Source of the DNA: an uncultured delta proteobacterium
GTDB taxonomy: Bacteria; Desulfobacterota; Binatia; UBA9968
DNA length: 64,000 nt
Direction: 5' to 3'
Assembly (NCBI GenBank): GCA_963760795.1
Contig: CAVXEP010000019.1
Coordinates: 96,001-160,000 of the forward strand
Position numbers and translations under genes: made by a program. The notes beneath the pieces are model-generated. The model had not been told where the DNA came from, searched no databases, and saw only the letters and a program-made list of their open reading frames with translations. Shown piece after piece: positions 63,638 through 64,000 of this stretch (position 1 is its first letter; each line of letters opens with the position of its first letter).

Positions 63638-64000
63638 CTAGTTGCAGATCATCACATGACAATCATGGGGCAAACGCTTCATGAGACCTTTGATCACATG
63701 ACCGCGCAGCATGTGGTAAAACGCCGATCGCCGGCTCGCGCCAATCATGACTGTGTCGACGTCGAGGACTTTGGCGGCGTTTGCGATCGCCTCGGCGGCG
63801 TTGTGCGATACCATCCAGATGGGGATCGCTTCGATATTCTTGCCGCGCGTCTCCTGCACGGCGGCACGCAATGTGCGCAGCCCTTCCTCGTTGGGCCGAT
63901 GGGGCGTGTGCCCGTCAAACAGTCCGGGCCATTCCTCGACATATACGCAATAAAGCGCCGTCTCGCCAGCGCCCTTGGATCGGCGGATTCCTTCTTGCAT
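63638..64000 (-). CDS. C-terminal USP domain of a tandem paralog (truncated by window edge)
   Basis: Nearly co-linear with the C-terminus of 61708-63547 (YVEEWPGLF...HMLRGHVIKGLMK...MICN). Confidence 0.85.
   Translation of the reverse strand: MQEGIRRSKGAGETALYCVYVEEWPGLFDGHTPHRPNEEGLRTLRAAVQETRGKNIEAIPIWMVSHNAAEAIANAAKVLDVDTVMIGASRRSAFYHMLRGHVIKGLMKRLPHDCHVMICN

Noticed and set aside
1-64000. Prophage, IS element or integron
   Set aside because: No integrase, transposase, phage structural gene or attC-like array recognised.

Overview
GC-rich bacterial chromosome segment. The excess of orphan substrate-binding proteins, five amidohydrolase-2 paralogs, a UbiD and a Bug/TctC protein suggests Candidatus Binatota/Binatia or a similar deltaproteobacterial lineage (inference, not tested). 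The sequence has roughly 30 single-base frameshifts, including in queA, secD, secF and recJ, so it is most likely an unpolished long-read assembly; split genes are called here as single CDSs. Contents: (1) 0-17 kb catabolic genes (amidohydrolases, alpha/beta hydrolase, Tat-signal intradiol dioxygenase, UbiD decarboxylase, two SDRs, 3-hydroxyanthranilate dioxygenase, MFS transporters, cupin and CDGSH genes, a toxin-antitoxin pair); (2) 17.5-27.7 kb bracketed by near-identical ABC_sub_bind paralogs, enclosing a lower-GC islet with a SRAP remnant and an orphan CoxL-like gene; (3) a histidine kinase/response regulator/adenylate cyclase operon and an exported superoxide-reductase-like protein; (4) the core block mlaA, coaBC, UDG, nfeD-SPFH, queA-tgt-yajC-secD-secF-recJ, yhhQ; (5) further binding proteins, amidohydrolases, a Fe3+-type permease and tandem APC-USP transporters. 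The most unusual signals are patch-wise hypervariable ABC_sub_bind paralogs whose stop codons each abut a different heptamer tandem repeat, a nested multi-family set of intergenic 7-9-mer and REP repeats, and a UUCG-capped rod-like RNA candidate at about 51.2 kb. I found no CRISPR array, tRNA, rRNA, intact transposase or integrase.
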